From an uncultured Enterobacterales bacterium (GTDB lineage Bacteria; Myxococcota_A; UBA796; JAFGLY01), in NCBI GenBank assembly GCA_964512185.1, contig CAZEJJ010000001.1, positions 40,704 through 104,703 on the forward strand: DNA of 64,000 nt, given 5' to 3'. The notes under the pieces are model-generated. The model ran no database searches. It was not told the origin of the DNA and saw only the letters and a program-made list of their open reading frames with translations. Shown piece by piece: positions 55,001-61,548 of this stretch. Position numbers and translations under genes: made by a program. Positions within the stretch are counted from its first letter, which is position 1, and each line of letters opens with the position of its first letter.

Positions 55001-56525
55001 CGACGAGGTCCAGCGCGTGCTGGCCTTCAACGCCGACCTGTCAGGGGCGGAGCTCGAGGTGCTGCCCGGCGACCAGGTGCCCGACGAGACCCTCGAGCTG
55101 CTGCGCGAGATGCTGGTGGGCACGCTGCAGCGGCTGGCCAACCGGGTGGACGGGCTGCTGGAGGTGTCTGCCCCCCTGGGCGCCGAGGCGGAGCGGGGCG
55201 TGCGGCGTGCCGTCGCCGGAAACCTGGAGCGCCTCACCGGCATCCTGGTGGAGGGTCGCCACAACGAGCTCAAGCTGCGCCTGGCGCTGGAGTCGGCCTC
55301 CGCTGGAGGCCGGGAGATCACGGGCGTCCTGCGCGAGGTCTCCGAGGGTGTGGAGCAGCTGGGCAAGGTAATCGCGGTGGCGCTGGGGCCGCAGACCGCG
55401 GAGCGCATCCGCGGCTTCCTGGGTGTGCCCGCCGCCGAGGACCTGGCCCGTCCTGGACCCGGTTCCTTCGCTCCCCCCGCCGAGAGAGTGCCGATCCCCA
55501 CCGTGTATCGGCGGCTGTTCAGCGACCAGGGCCTCGAGGGCGGTGATCTGCTCTCCGGTCGCGACTCCGACGTGGAGCGGGCGCGACGCGCCCTGCTGGG
55601 CCGCGGCGGGGGGGTCAACCGCTCCCTGGTGGTCGTGGGCGTCGCCGGGCTGGGCAACACCACCGTGGTGAACGCGCTGGTGCGCGGTCTCCCGGACCAA
55701 GCGAAGATCCACCGGGTGCAGCTCAGCCACTGCCTGCGCCCCCAAGAGGTGGAAGCGCAGATCCTCTGGCCGGCGCGCGGCGGGCGCGACAACGTGGTGG
55801 TGGTCGAAGGCTTCCACTGGCTCTTCTCCATCCGTCCAGGCGGCTTCGATGCCCTGCGGCTGCTGATGGAGGGCATCATCGCCGACCGCGGAAGGAACGC
55901 CTGGCTCATCAGCACCCAGCGCCCGGTCTGGTCCTACGTCACGCGGGTGCTGCCGCTGCAGGACGTCTTCTGCGAGCACTTCGACCTGGGCCCGCAGTCC
56001 GTCGAGGAGCTGCGCAGCACGCTGCTGCTGCGCCACGCCATGAGCGGCTACCGCCTGCACTTCGAGCGACCTCCGGGACACCTGGGCTGGTGGCTGCGGG
56101 AGCTGATCACGCGCAAGTCCGCCGAGGAGGAGCTGATCGAGCGCGACTTCTTCGACCAGCTGCACCGCTCCTCGGGCGGCATCCTCAGCGACGCCCTGCG
56201 GCTGTGGCTGGCCGCGGTGGCCGGGGTCGGCACCAGCACCGACACCATCACCATCGGAGCCCTGCCGGAGCCCCCCCTCGAGCCCATGCGCAGGCTGCCC
56301 CTGGACGTCCTGCTCACCCTGCGCCAGGTGGCGCGCCAGGCCCGCATCACCCCCGAGGACCACGCCTCGCAGTTCCGGCGCGAGATCGCCTGGAGCTCCG
56401 CCTACCTGGTGCGCCTGGAGCACTGGGGCCTGCTCGGCCACGTGGACGACTGCTGCTACCACCTCGCGCCGGAGCTGGCCGGAGCCATCCACCAGGTGCT
56501 GCGCGACAGGGGGCTCGTGGGATGA
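52065..56525 (+). CDS. 1486-aa fusion of an N-terminal cation:proton antiporter domain, a ~750-aa helical region and a C-terminal P-loop-NTPase-like plus winged-helix-like module
   Basis: aa 1-430 form a Na_H_Exchanger-like polytopic domain. The middle is R/E/L-rich and helical. A P-loop-like GVAGLGNTT lies at 55638-55664 (Lys replaced by Asn), followed by VVVVEG (Walker-B-like). The C-terminus LTLRQVARQARITPEDHASQFRR...YLVRLEHWGLL is wHTH-like. The frame is uninterrupted with consistent GC3. Confidence 0.8.
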   Translation: MLRQIAVVAVLFGIMTLLPALFEAPTGAVNAVSMAAFGFIVLAAYTLGELAERIRLPHITGYLVAGLVCGPHLLGLLDDQVVQDLKLFDALAVALIGISAGGALKIGALRRGLHLVAGVIVAQFLAIMLGIGLLVGLLSLPIPGLGLGFLVEGDWARILAVALLLGTIASAFSPAATIAVINGVRARGAVTENVLGISILNNVVVVAVFAATLAAGQRLVGADAGDTRLIIEVLSTLGGSLGLGLVLGVVLMLHLRFVGTHLLLLVVGLCFIFTWIAQQTGTEPVLVFIVAGFIFANASPRSEQLFTVVDRLSLPVYVVFFFIAGAGLHVDALKVLWPAALLLFAGRMGSLHLGTLLGTRLLKGPDGLGRYGWMAFGPQAGIALSLAMVAGHAFPEWGGTLETLAVATIGLNELVGPALLQASLGLVGEARADRGAGAHGESDAEDTRDDLPVPDGSYDRGVPEWLPEPGRPRRDPWGPAPITRSRRLRELVDGLRGELQAVVRDLRAGPVSRRREQAARFLGLLRREFLRAHRHTTLSLVSTPDELAWRAALRRERAELARRWEQLLLDRAATTDFRQDLLTFQGIVAAVDRCIEGCPEALEVPLEAGWAEPRDDDPYRLAVARWRLRTRRRLLTPILGAREETRAVELRALARYCLSGQAPTNLVEAGALIALGERHLLSRARAVFDSWHQALEQLLSSQLSVEERRAALESIRVEMEEDFTLASREVDRIADDIIRVTASALGRAYRELVGMVDRAGTAELPQSGYRFSRAFDGRQRALRQLDEGFAVSRELTRGIASTLAMELEMVRLGVHIREAVDEAAQGLGRDVHGKLHVQLRRLSEALGHAIANLRSLLSGESRQREELREGIQQGTGPLSHVLADALAIGEKLRTALKHEAALEPLLRSLNSGIDDLTDRFLVVVDAPPPQGRGFPSRAQTRDLHFREAVRSYMEAEAGRDLSEALSELCSRVDEAYVGIDEVQRVLAFNADLSGAELEVLPGDQVPDETLELLREMLVGTLQRLANRVDGLLEVSAPLGAEAERGVRRAVAGNLERLTGILVEGRHNELKLRLALESASAGGREITGVLREVSEGVEQLGKVIAVALGPQTAERIRGFLGVPAAEDLARPGPGSFAPPAERVPIPTVYRRLFSDQGLEGGDLLSGRDSDVERARRALLGRGGGVNRSLVVVGVAGLGNTTVVNALVRGLPDQAKIHRVQLSHCLRPQEVEAQILWPARGGRDNVVVVEGFHWLFSIRPGGFDALRLLMEGIIADRGRNAWLISTQRPVWSYVTRVLPLQDVFCEHFDLGPQSVEELRSTLLLRHAMSGYRLHFERPPGHLGWWLRELITRKSAEEELIERDFFDQLHRSSGGILSDALRLWLAAVAGVGTSTDTITIGALPEPPLEPMRRLPLDVLLTLRQVARQARITPEDHASQFRREIAWSSAYLVRLEHWGLLGHVDDCCYHLAPELAGAIHQVLRDRGLVG

Positions 56526-57601
56526 ACAGCTCGCTGCAGGCCACCACCGCCGCCCTGCTGGTCCTGGTCCTCGCGCCCGGGCCCGCCTCCGGGCAGCAGC
56601 CGGCCCCGCCCCCTCCCCCTGCCGCCCAGGCCCCCGGTGACACCGGATCGCAGAGCAGCACCGAGCGCCAGCCGGTGCCAGCCGCCAGCTCCGCAGCGCG
56701 ACCCACGGCGGTGCCCACCCCTCCGGCGACCCTGCAGGCGGTCCCGGTGCCCGTGCTCGTCCCCACCGCACCGGCGCCCGCGGCCCCGACCCCGGAGCAG
56801 CCTGTCACCACCGACAGCCAGCAGACCACCATCTCCCGCCTGCTCCCGCGGCCACCTCGTCCGGACATGGGCCGCGCGCTGCTGGCCCTGCTGGGCCTGC
56901 TGGCCTGCGTGGGCGGCGCCAGCCTGGCCGAGCGCCCCCTGCCGCGGCTGGCCAGCAGCGGCCTGCTGCCAGGAGCCCTGCGGGTGGCGTCGCTGCTGTT
57001 CCGGCTCCTCGCCCTGGCGCTGGCCATGCTGGGCCTGCTGCTCCTGGTGCCCGCGGCCTGGTCACCGGCTGTCTCCTACGTGCTGGTGGGCGCGGCGCTG
57101 GCGGTGGGCTGGTCCCTTCGAGACGTGGTCCACGACGTGCTCGTTGGTCTCATCTTCACCCTCGAGCGGTCCTTCCGGGTGGGCCAGCGGCTGCGCTTCG
57201 ACGGCATCACCGGCCGCCTCGAGCGCATGTCCTTCAGGGTCACCTGGTTCCAGACCGACGACGGCGCCACCATCGCCATCCCCAACCGCAAGCTGGTGGG
57301 CGCCACCCTCGAGATGGACCCGGAGCCCTACGTGCCCGTGGAGGTCACGCTCCTTGTCCCGGGCGGCCATCCGTCTGCCCGGGTGCGCAGCCTGCTCAGG
57401 GAGCTGGTCATGCTCAGCCCCTACCTCGCGCCGGTCAGCGAGCCCGCTGTCACCCGGCGAGCGGACGATCCGCAGCGCTGGCTCATCCGGGCCCGACTGC
57501 TGGATCCGCGCCACGCCGATGCCTTCCGGGGCAGCCTGGTGGACCTGGTGGAAGAGGCCCTGACCGCTCCCGCAGAGAGCGCTGGGCCCGCCTGTCGCTA
57601 G
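56522..57601 (+). CDS. MscS-family mechanosensitive channel with long Pro-rich N-terminal region
   Basis: ATGA overlap with the upstream gene. Signal-like N-terminus, P/A-rich spacer, TM helices, then the MscS beta-domain VGQRLRFDGITGRLERMSFRVTWFQTDDGATIAIPNRKL. Confidence 0.85.
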   Translation: MNSSLQATTAALLVLVLAPGPASGQQPAPPPPPAAQAPGDTGSQSSTERQPVPAASSAARPTAVPTPPATLQAVPVPVLVPTAPAPAAPTPEQPVTTDSQQTTISRLLPRPPRPDMGRALLALLGLLACVGGASLAERPLPRLASSGLLPGALRVASLLFRLLALALAMLGLLLLVPAAWSPAVSYVLVGAALAVGWSLRDVVHDVLVGLIFTLERSFRVGQRLRFDGITGRLERMSFRVTWFQTDDGATIAIPNRKLVGATLEMDPEPYVPVEVTLLVPGGHPSARVRSLLRELVMLSPYLAPVSEPAVTRRADDPQRWLIRARLLDPRHADAFRGSLVDLVEEALTAPAESAGPACR

Positions 57602-57615
57602 CAGCCCTCGGCCCG

Positions 57616-57642
57616 GCTGACCATGCTGACCACGCTGACCTT
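57616..57642. repeat. Tandem 9-mer GCTGACC(AT/AC/TT) x3
   Basis: The sequence GCTGACCAT GCTGACCAC GCTGACCTT begins 15 nt after the mscS stop. Confidence 0.6.
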
Positions 57643-57695
57643 GCGCGACGCGCTCACCCGCCGCGCCGCCGCGCCCGACCCCCCACCCAGGACTG

Positions 57696-57711
57696 AGCGC
57701 GCGGGCGCGCT
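57696..57711 (+). terminator. Weak GC-rich hairpin downstream of the mscS operon
   Basis: AGCGCG / CGCGCT stem (6 bp) with a 4-nt loop, about 95 nt after the stop. No U-tract. Confidence 0.3.
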
Positions 57712-57803
57712 TGCGCCCCGGGGAAGGTCTCGCTAGGTACCTGCCTCGTCGCGGACCCCGCCCGCCTGCATCGCGCGGAGCCCCACCCGCGCAGGGAGAG
57801 AAC

Positions 57804-58376
57804 ATGGGAGTCGTCGATCACTTCAAGTCCGGCTGGGAGGTCGTCAAGCCCACCCTGGTCCCCTGGATCGTCTTCGCGCTCATCTTCCTGGTGATCCTCT
57901 CCACAGGCCTCGGGCTGTTCCTGATGCCCAACGCCTTCAGGGCCATCCGCGACGCCGTTGATCGCCAGCAGGGCCCGGAGCTCTCGGATCTGTTCGATTT
58001 CTCGAACATCAGCGATGACCTGGTGGCCATGCTGGTCTACATGGTGGGCGTCACCATCGGCAGCTTCCTGTGCGGAGTGGGCGCGATCCCCGCCGGCGTG
58101 CTGCTGTTCTGGGTCCCCATGCTCGCAGCCGAAGGCCAGTTCGGGGGCGTGGAGTGCGCCAAGGCCTCGCTGGCCCACGCCAAGGCCAATTTCATGGCCA
58201 TCCTGGTGTTCATGCTGGTGGCCATCCTGATCAACTCGGCCGCATCCCTGCTCTGCTACATCCCCGTGCTGGTGTCCATGCCCGTCACCTTCGCGGCCCA
58301 GTGGCTCTACTACACCCGCAACCGCGACGAGATCCTCGCCGCCGCCAGCGCCGCGGGCGTGCCCACCAAGGCCTGA
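57804..58376 (+). CDS. Integral membrane protein of unknown function
   Basis: Internal ATG 57804 after GGGAGAG. 190 aa with about 4 TM segments. Confidence 0.6.
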   Translation: MGVVDHFKSGWEVVKPTLVPWIVFALIFLVILSTGLGLFLMPNAFRAIRDAVDRQQGPELSDLFDFSNISDDLVAMLVYMVGVTIGSFLCGVGAIPAGVLLFWVPMLAAEGQFGGVECAKASLAHAKANFMAILVFMLVAILINSAASLLCYIPVLVSMPVTFAAQWLYYTRNRDEILAAASAAGVPTKA

Positions 58377-58392
58377 ACAACCCAAGGTCCCC

Positions 58393-58812
58393 ATGTTCCG
58401 TTCCAAGCTCAAGTCCGGTGTGCGCAAGCTCGCCCAGCGGCTCCGCGCTGCCGACGCGCCGCCCCCCCCCGCTTCCACCTGGACCGGCACCGACAGCCCC
58501 GCGGGCCCCGACTATTCCTCTGCTTCCTGCGGCTGCGGCTACGACGAGCCCCAGCAAGAGCCCCAGCCGCCGGGCGAGCCCACCCTCGACCGCCAGCAGG
58601 TGGAGCGCCTGATCCACGAGCGCATCCGCCCCGCCCTGCAGGCCGACGGGGGCGACATCCAGCTGGTGGAGATCCAGGGAGGCGACGTGCACGTGCGCCT
58701 CACCGGGGCCTGCAGCGGCTGTCCTTCCGCCAGCGTCACCCTCGAGATGGGCGTCGAGGCCATGCTGCGCGACGAGCTGGTGGGCTTTGGCCGGGTGGTC
58801 CGGGTCCTCTGA
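58393..58812 (+). CDS. NifU-like (Nfu-type) Fe-S cluster assembly domain protein
   Basis: 139 aa. The C-terminal sequence IRPALQADGGDIQLVEIQGGDVHVRLTGACSGCPSASVTLEMGVE carries the CxxC motif typical of the NifU C-terminal domain. Confidence 0.85.
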   Translation: MFRSKLKSGVRKLAQRLRAADAPPPPASTWTGTDSPAGPDYSSASCGCGYDEPQQEPQPPGEPTLDRQQVERLIHERIRPALQADGGDIQLVEIQGGDVHVRLTGACSGCPSASVTLEMGVEAMLRDELVGFGRVVRVL

Positions 58813-58939
58813 AGCCCTCCATCTCGTCTGTGGCCCCCACGTCTGCCACGGATTATCGCCTCTCCGTGACCGTCCGGCGGGTGCGCCTGCGCGTGCAGTC
58901 CGCACCACTTGCCTTCCCGTGCACCAGGAGCAGACCCAC

Positions 58940-59314
58940 ATGAGACTCCGTTTCCTCCTCGCCCTGTCCGTGCTGCTCGGCTTCGCCCTCGCCTGTGGTG
59001 GCGGCGACGTCGACGACGTCCTCGAGGTCGAGGCCATTCCGGCCGAGCCTGCTCCCCCGCCCCCCGTGGCCCCGCCTCCGCCTCCGCCTCCGCCCGCGGC
59101 TGCCGAAGACGAGCCCGGCGACGACCAGGCGGCGGCGGAAGACGAGCCCACCGAAGAAGAAGAGGAAGAAGAGGTCGCCACCACGCCCAGCACCACCGGG
59201 CCGGTGTCGCGCACCTCGGGCAGCTCCAGCCGCAGCTCGCGCAGCTCGTCGGGCAAGAGCAGCTCCGGCAAGAGCTCCTCGGGATCACGTTCCGGCGGGA
59301 AGTCCAGCAAGTAG
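58940..59314 (+). CDS. Small low-complexity lipoprotein (Pro-rich, acidic, Ser/Lys-rich tail)
   Basis: ATG 58940. Lipobox GFALAC, then a PPPP tract, an EEEEEEE tract and (S/G/K/R) repeats. Confidence 0.5.
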   Translation: MRLRFLLALSVLLGFALACGGGDVDDVLEVEAIPAEPAPPPPVAPPPPPPPPAAAEDEPGDDQAAAEDEPTEEEEEEEVATTPSTTGPVSRTSGSSSRSSRSSSGKSSSGKSSSGSRSGGKSSK

Positions 59315-59610
59315 GCCCTGTTCTCGCGGCATCAGTATGCGGGCGGTCCAGCCCCGTGCGGCGGGGTGGCGCCCCCGCAGGCGAGGTCCTGCGCGTCTTC
59401 CAACGCAGCGAGCCCGTCAAAGGACCATGGTCCGGAGCCCTGCAGAGCGCGCCGAAGTCCGGAGCCGGCGACTATTGCAGAGTCGTGGTGCGAGTAGAGG
59501 CCCCACGGCATCGGCCCTTGGCGCGTCGTATGAACGCCACCATCGCTGCGAGCACCCCCACCGCCTCCAAGTGCCGCCACCCCACGCCTTCAACAACCAC
59601 CATCCCCTGT

Positions 59611-59658
59611 CCGGTCGTAACTACCGACCCTGGCGCCCACCCCCCAGGGTTACGACCG
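59611..59658. repeat. Palindromic element copy 1 (48 nt)
   Basis: Terminal 10-bp inverted repeat CGGTCGTAAC ... GTTACGACCG enclosing an inner CCCTGG/CCAGGG pairing. Confidence 0.85.
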
Positions 59659-59673
59659 CCACAAAGCTCCGAT

Positions 59674-59722
59674 CCGGTCGTAGCCCCCCATCCTGACGCC
59701 TCACCCCCCAGGGTTACGACCG
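59674..59722. repeat. Palindromic element copy 2 (49 nt, divergent interior)
   Basis: CCGGTCGTAg ... GGGTTACGACCG. The termini are shared with copies 1 and 3; the interior differs. Confidence 0.8.
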
Positions 59723-59737
59723 CATCCCGGCCTTCCC

Positions 59738-59785
59738 CCGGTCGTAACTACCGACCCTGGCGCCCACCCTCGGGGGTTACGACCG
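59738..59785. repeat. Palindromic element copy 3 (48 nt)
   Basis: Nearly identical to copy 1 except near the 3' inner arm (CCCTCGGGG instead of CCCCCCAGG). The copies have a 63-64 nt period. Confidence 0.85.
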
Positions 59786-60045
59786 TTCGAGCGTTGTGGC
59801 GGGTGGTCCTCGAGGATCCGGTGACCTGCCCTCACCGCCAGGCGCCCATGAGAGTCCGCCCAGTCGTGCTCGCGCCTGCCCCCCGGGCTCGGATCGCCTC
59901 CGGCGACCGCCGCCCGCTGCTTCGCAGCACCACCCTCGCGACACGCCCGCTGGCTCTCGCGATGATCCGGGACAGGCAGCACGCCCCTTGCTAATGCAAG
60001 GGCCGAGCCGCCATCCTGACGCACTCTGCCAACACAGGAGCCCCC

Positions 60046-61548
60046 ATGTCCGACGGTGATCGCGTGCTCGACTACCGCGACCACAGGCGCAGCCTGGGCA
60101 GCAACCGCTTCGTCTACGCCGTGGTGTCGCGGCGCGCCCGCGGCCTGTCCATCGGCGTCAACCTGAACCCGGGTCGGGACTGCAGCTTCGCCTGCCGCTA
60201 CTGCCAGGTGGATCGCCGCGGCCAGGAGACCACCGCGCTGCCCGTGGACGTGCGGCGCCTGGGCGCCGAGCTCGACCAGCTGCTGGCCCGCGTGGCCTCC
60301 CAAGAGCTCTGGCAGAGCCCCCCCTTCGACAGCGTCCAGCCCACGCTGCGCCGGGTGGCAGACATCGCCATCGCGGGAGACGGCGAGCCGCTGGCCTGCG
60401 CGCAGTTCTCCGCGGTCGTGGAGCGCGTAGCCGAGCTGCGCGATGCCCACGGCCTGCGGCAGGTCCCCATACGCCTGCTCTCCAACGCAGCCCTGCTGCA
60501 CAAGCCCGAGCACAGGGCGGGACTGGAGCGCCTGCGAGCCCTGCACGGCGAGCTGTGGCTCAAGCTGGACGCCGGCAGCGCGCGTGGGCTCGAAGCGGCC
60601 AACGGCACCCAGATCCCCCTGCGACGCATACTGGACAACATCACCAGCGCGGCTCGGCAGGGCCCCGTGGTCATCCAGAGCCTCTTCATGCGCTACCGCG
60701 GCGAGGCCCCCGCCCCAGGAGAGATCGCCGCCTGGGTGGAGCAGCTGGCCGGGATCGCAGCGCGGGGCGGCCAGCTCCGCGAGGTGCAGGTCACCACCGT
60801 GGCGCGGCGTCCGGCCGACCTGGGCTGCACGGCGCTGGGCCGGCGGGCCCTGCAGCAGATCGCCCATCAGGCGACGGCTCGAGGCCTGCACTGCTCGGTG
60901 CATCCGGGGACCTGGGGCAGGCGGCCGGTGCTGGTCACCGCCGGGGCCACGCGCAATCCAGTGGACAGCATGCGCTGCATCAGCGCCAACAGCAGCGGTC
61001 GCACGGGGGTGGGCCTGGCCCGCACCCTGCAGGCCGATCATCGGCTGCACCTGCTGGCCAGCCCCCAGGCGAGCCTGCGCGCCGCGCAGGCCGGCATCGA
61101 GAGCGTGGAGGGCTTCGGCAGCACGCGGGATCTGCTGCTGCGCATGGAGCGCTGGGTGCGCGACAACCCGCGGGGCATCGTCATCCACGCCGCGGCGGTG
61201 GGAGACTACGAAGCGGCAGCCCAGACCGGAAAGGTGGACAGCGGCAGGGCCGAGTGGGTGCTGCGGCTGCAGCCCACCCCCAAGATCCTGGACCGCATCC
61301 GCGGCTGGGACGGTGGGCAGCTGGTGCTGGTCAGCTTCAAGGCCGCAGCGCCGGACACCTCCCACGATCAGCTGGTCCAGATCGCCCGCAGCCAGCTGGA
61401 ACGCACAGGCTCCGACCTGGTCTTCGCCAATGTGCTCGGGCGCCTCGGGGCCGACATAGCGCTGGTGGCCGCTGTCGGTGAGCGCTGGTTCCGGGAACGG
61501 AGCGCGGCCCTGGAGGCGCTCACCGCTCACCCGCTGCTGGACGAGTAG
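60046..61548 (+). CDS. Fusion of a radical SAM domain and a CoaB-like (DFP / phosphopantothenate-cysteine ligase-like) domain
   Basis: 500 aa, AGGAG RBS. N-terminal cluster motif CSFACRYC plus GDGEPL. C-terminal PVLVTAGATRNPVDSMRCISANSSGRTG ... HAAAVGDYE ... VSFKAA ... DLVFANV parallels CoaB motifs. Confidence 0.8.
   Translation: MSDGDRVLDYRDHRRSLGSNRFVYAVVSRRARGLSIGVNLNPGRDCSFACRYCQVDRRGQETTALPVDVRRLGAELDQLLARVASQELWQSPPFDSVQPTLRRVADIAIAGDGEPLACAQFSAVVERVAELRDAHGLRQVPIRLLSNAALLHKPEHRAGLERLRALHGELWLKLDAGSARGLEAANGTQIPLRRILDNITSAARQGPVVIQSLFMRYRGEAPAPGEIAAWVEQLAGIAARGGQLREVQVTTVARRPADLGCTALGRRALQQIAHQATARGLHCSVHPGTWGRRPVLVTAGATRNPVDSMRCISANSSGRTGVGLARTLQADHRLHLLASPQASLRAAQAGIESVEGFGSTRDLLLRMERWVRDNPRGIVIHAAAVGDYEAAAQTGKVDSGRAEWVLRLQPTPKILDRIRGWDGGQLVLVSFKAAAPDTSHDQLVQIARSQLERTGSDLVFANVLGRLGADIALVAAVGERWFRERSAALEALTAHPLLDE

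Noticed and set aside
57623-57733. 36-codon ORF MLTTLTLRDALTRRAAAPDPPP... downstream of mscS
   Set aside because: There is no ribosome-binding site. The start lies inside the GCTGACC tandem repeat, and the second half is P/R/G junk. It is probably non-coding.
59440-59475. GAAGTCCGGAGCC resembling the RNase P RNA CR-I (GGAAAGTCCGGGCTCC) or SRP RNA motifs
   Set aside because: This is an isolated short resemblance. The other universally conserved RNase P blocks (for example GGTAAGAGCGCACC and ACAGAACCCGGCTTA) and the SRP GGAAGCAGCC motif are absent from the region.
59611-59785. CRISPR array interpretation of the three repeats
   Set aside because: The repeats are 48-49 nt and the spacers only 15-16 nt, the inverse of CRISPR geometry. 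There are only three copies, one with a divergent interior, and no cas genes in the window.
59611-59785. Integron attC sites (AAC ... GTT cores at the ends of imperfect palindromes)
   Set aside because: The termini (TCGTAAC / GTTACGA) mismatch the RYYYAAC / GTTRRRY consensus at two positions each. The units are shorter than known attC sites. There are no cassettes between them and no intI integrase nearby.
58909-59994. 361-aa ORF, or a shorter peptide from ATG 59530 (MNATIAASTPTASKCRHPT...), as a repeat-containing precursor peptide for the downstream radical SAM enzyme
   Set aside because: The DNA repeats recur at 63 and then 64 nt, so they fall in different frames and do not yield a repeated peptide. 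The composition is P/R/T-rich and there is no SD. The idea is attractive but has no sequence support; proteomics or Ribo-seq could reopen it.
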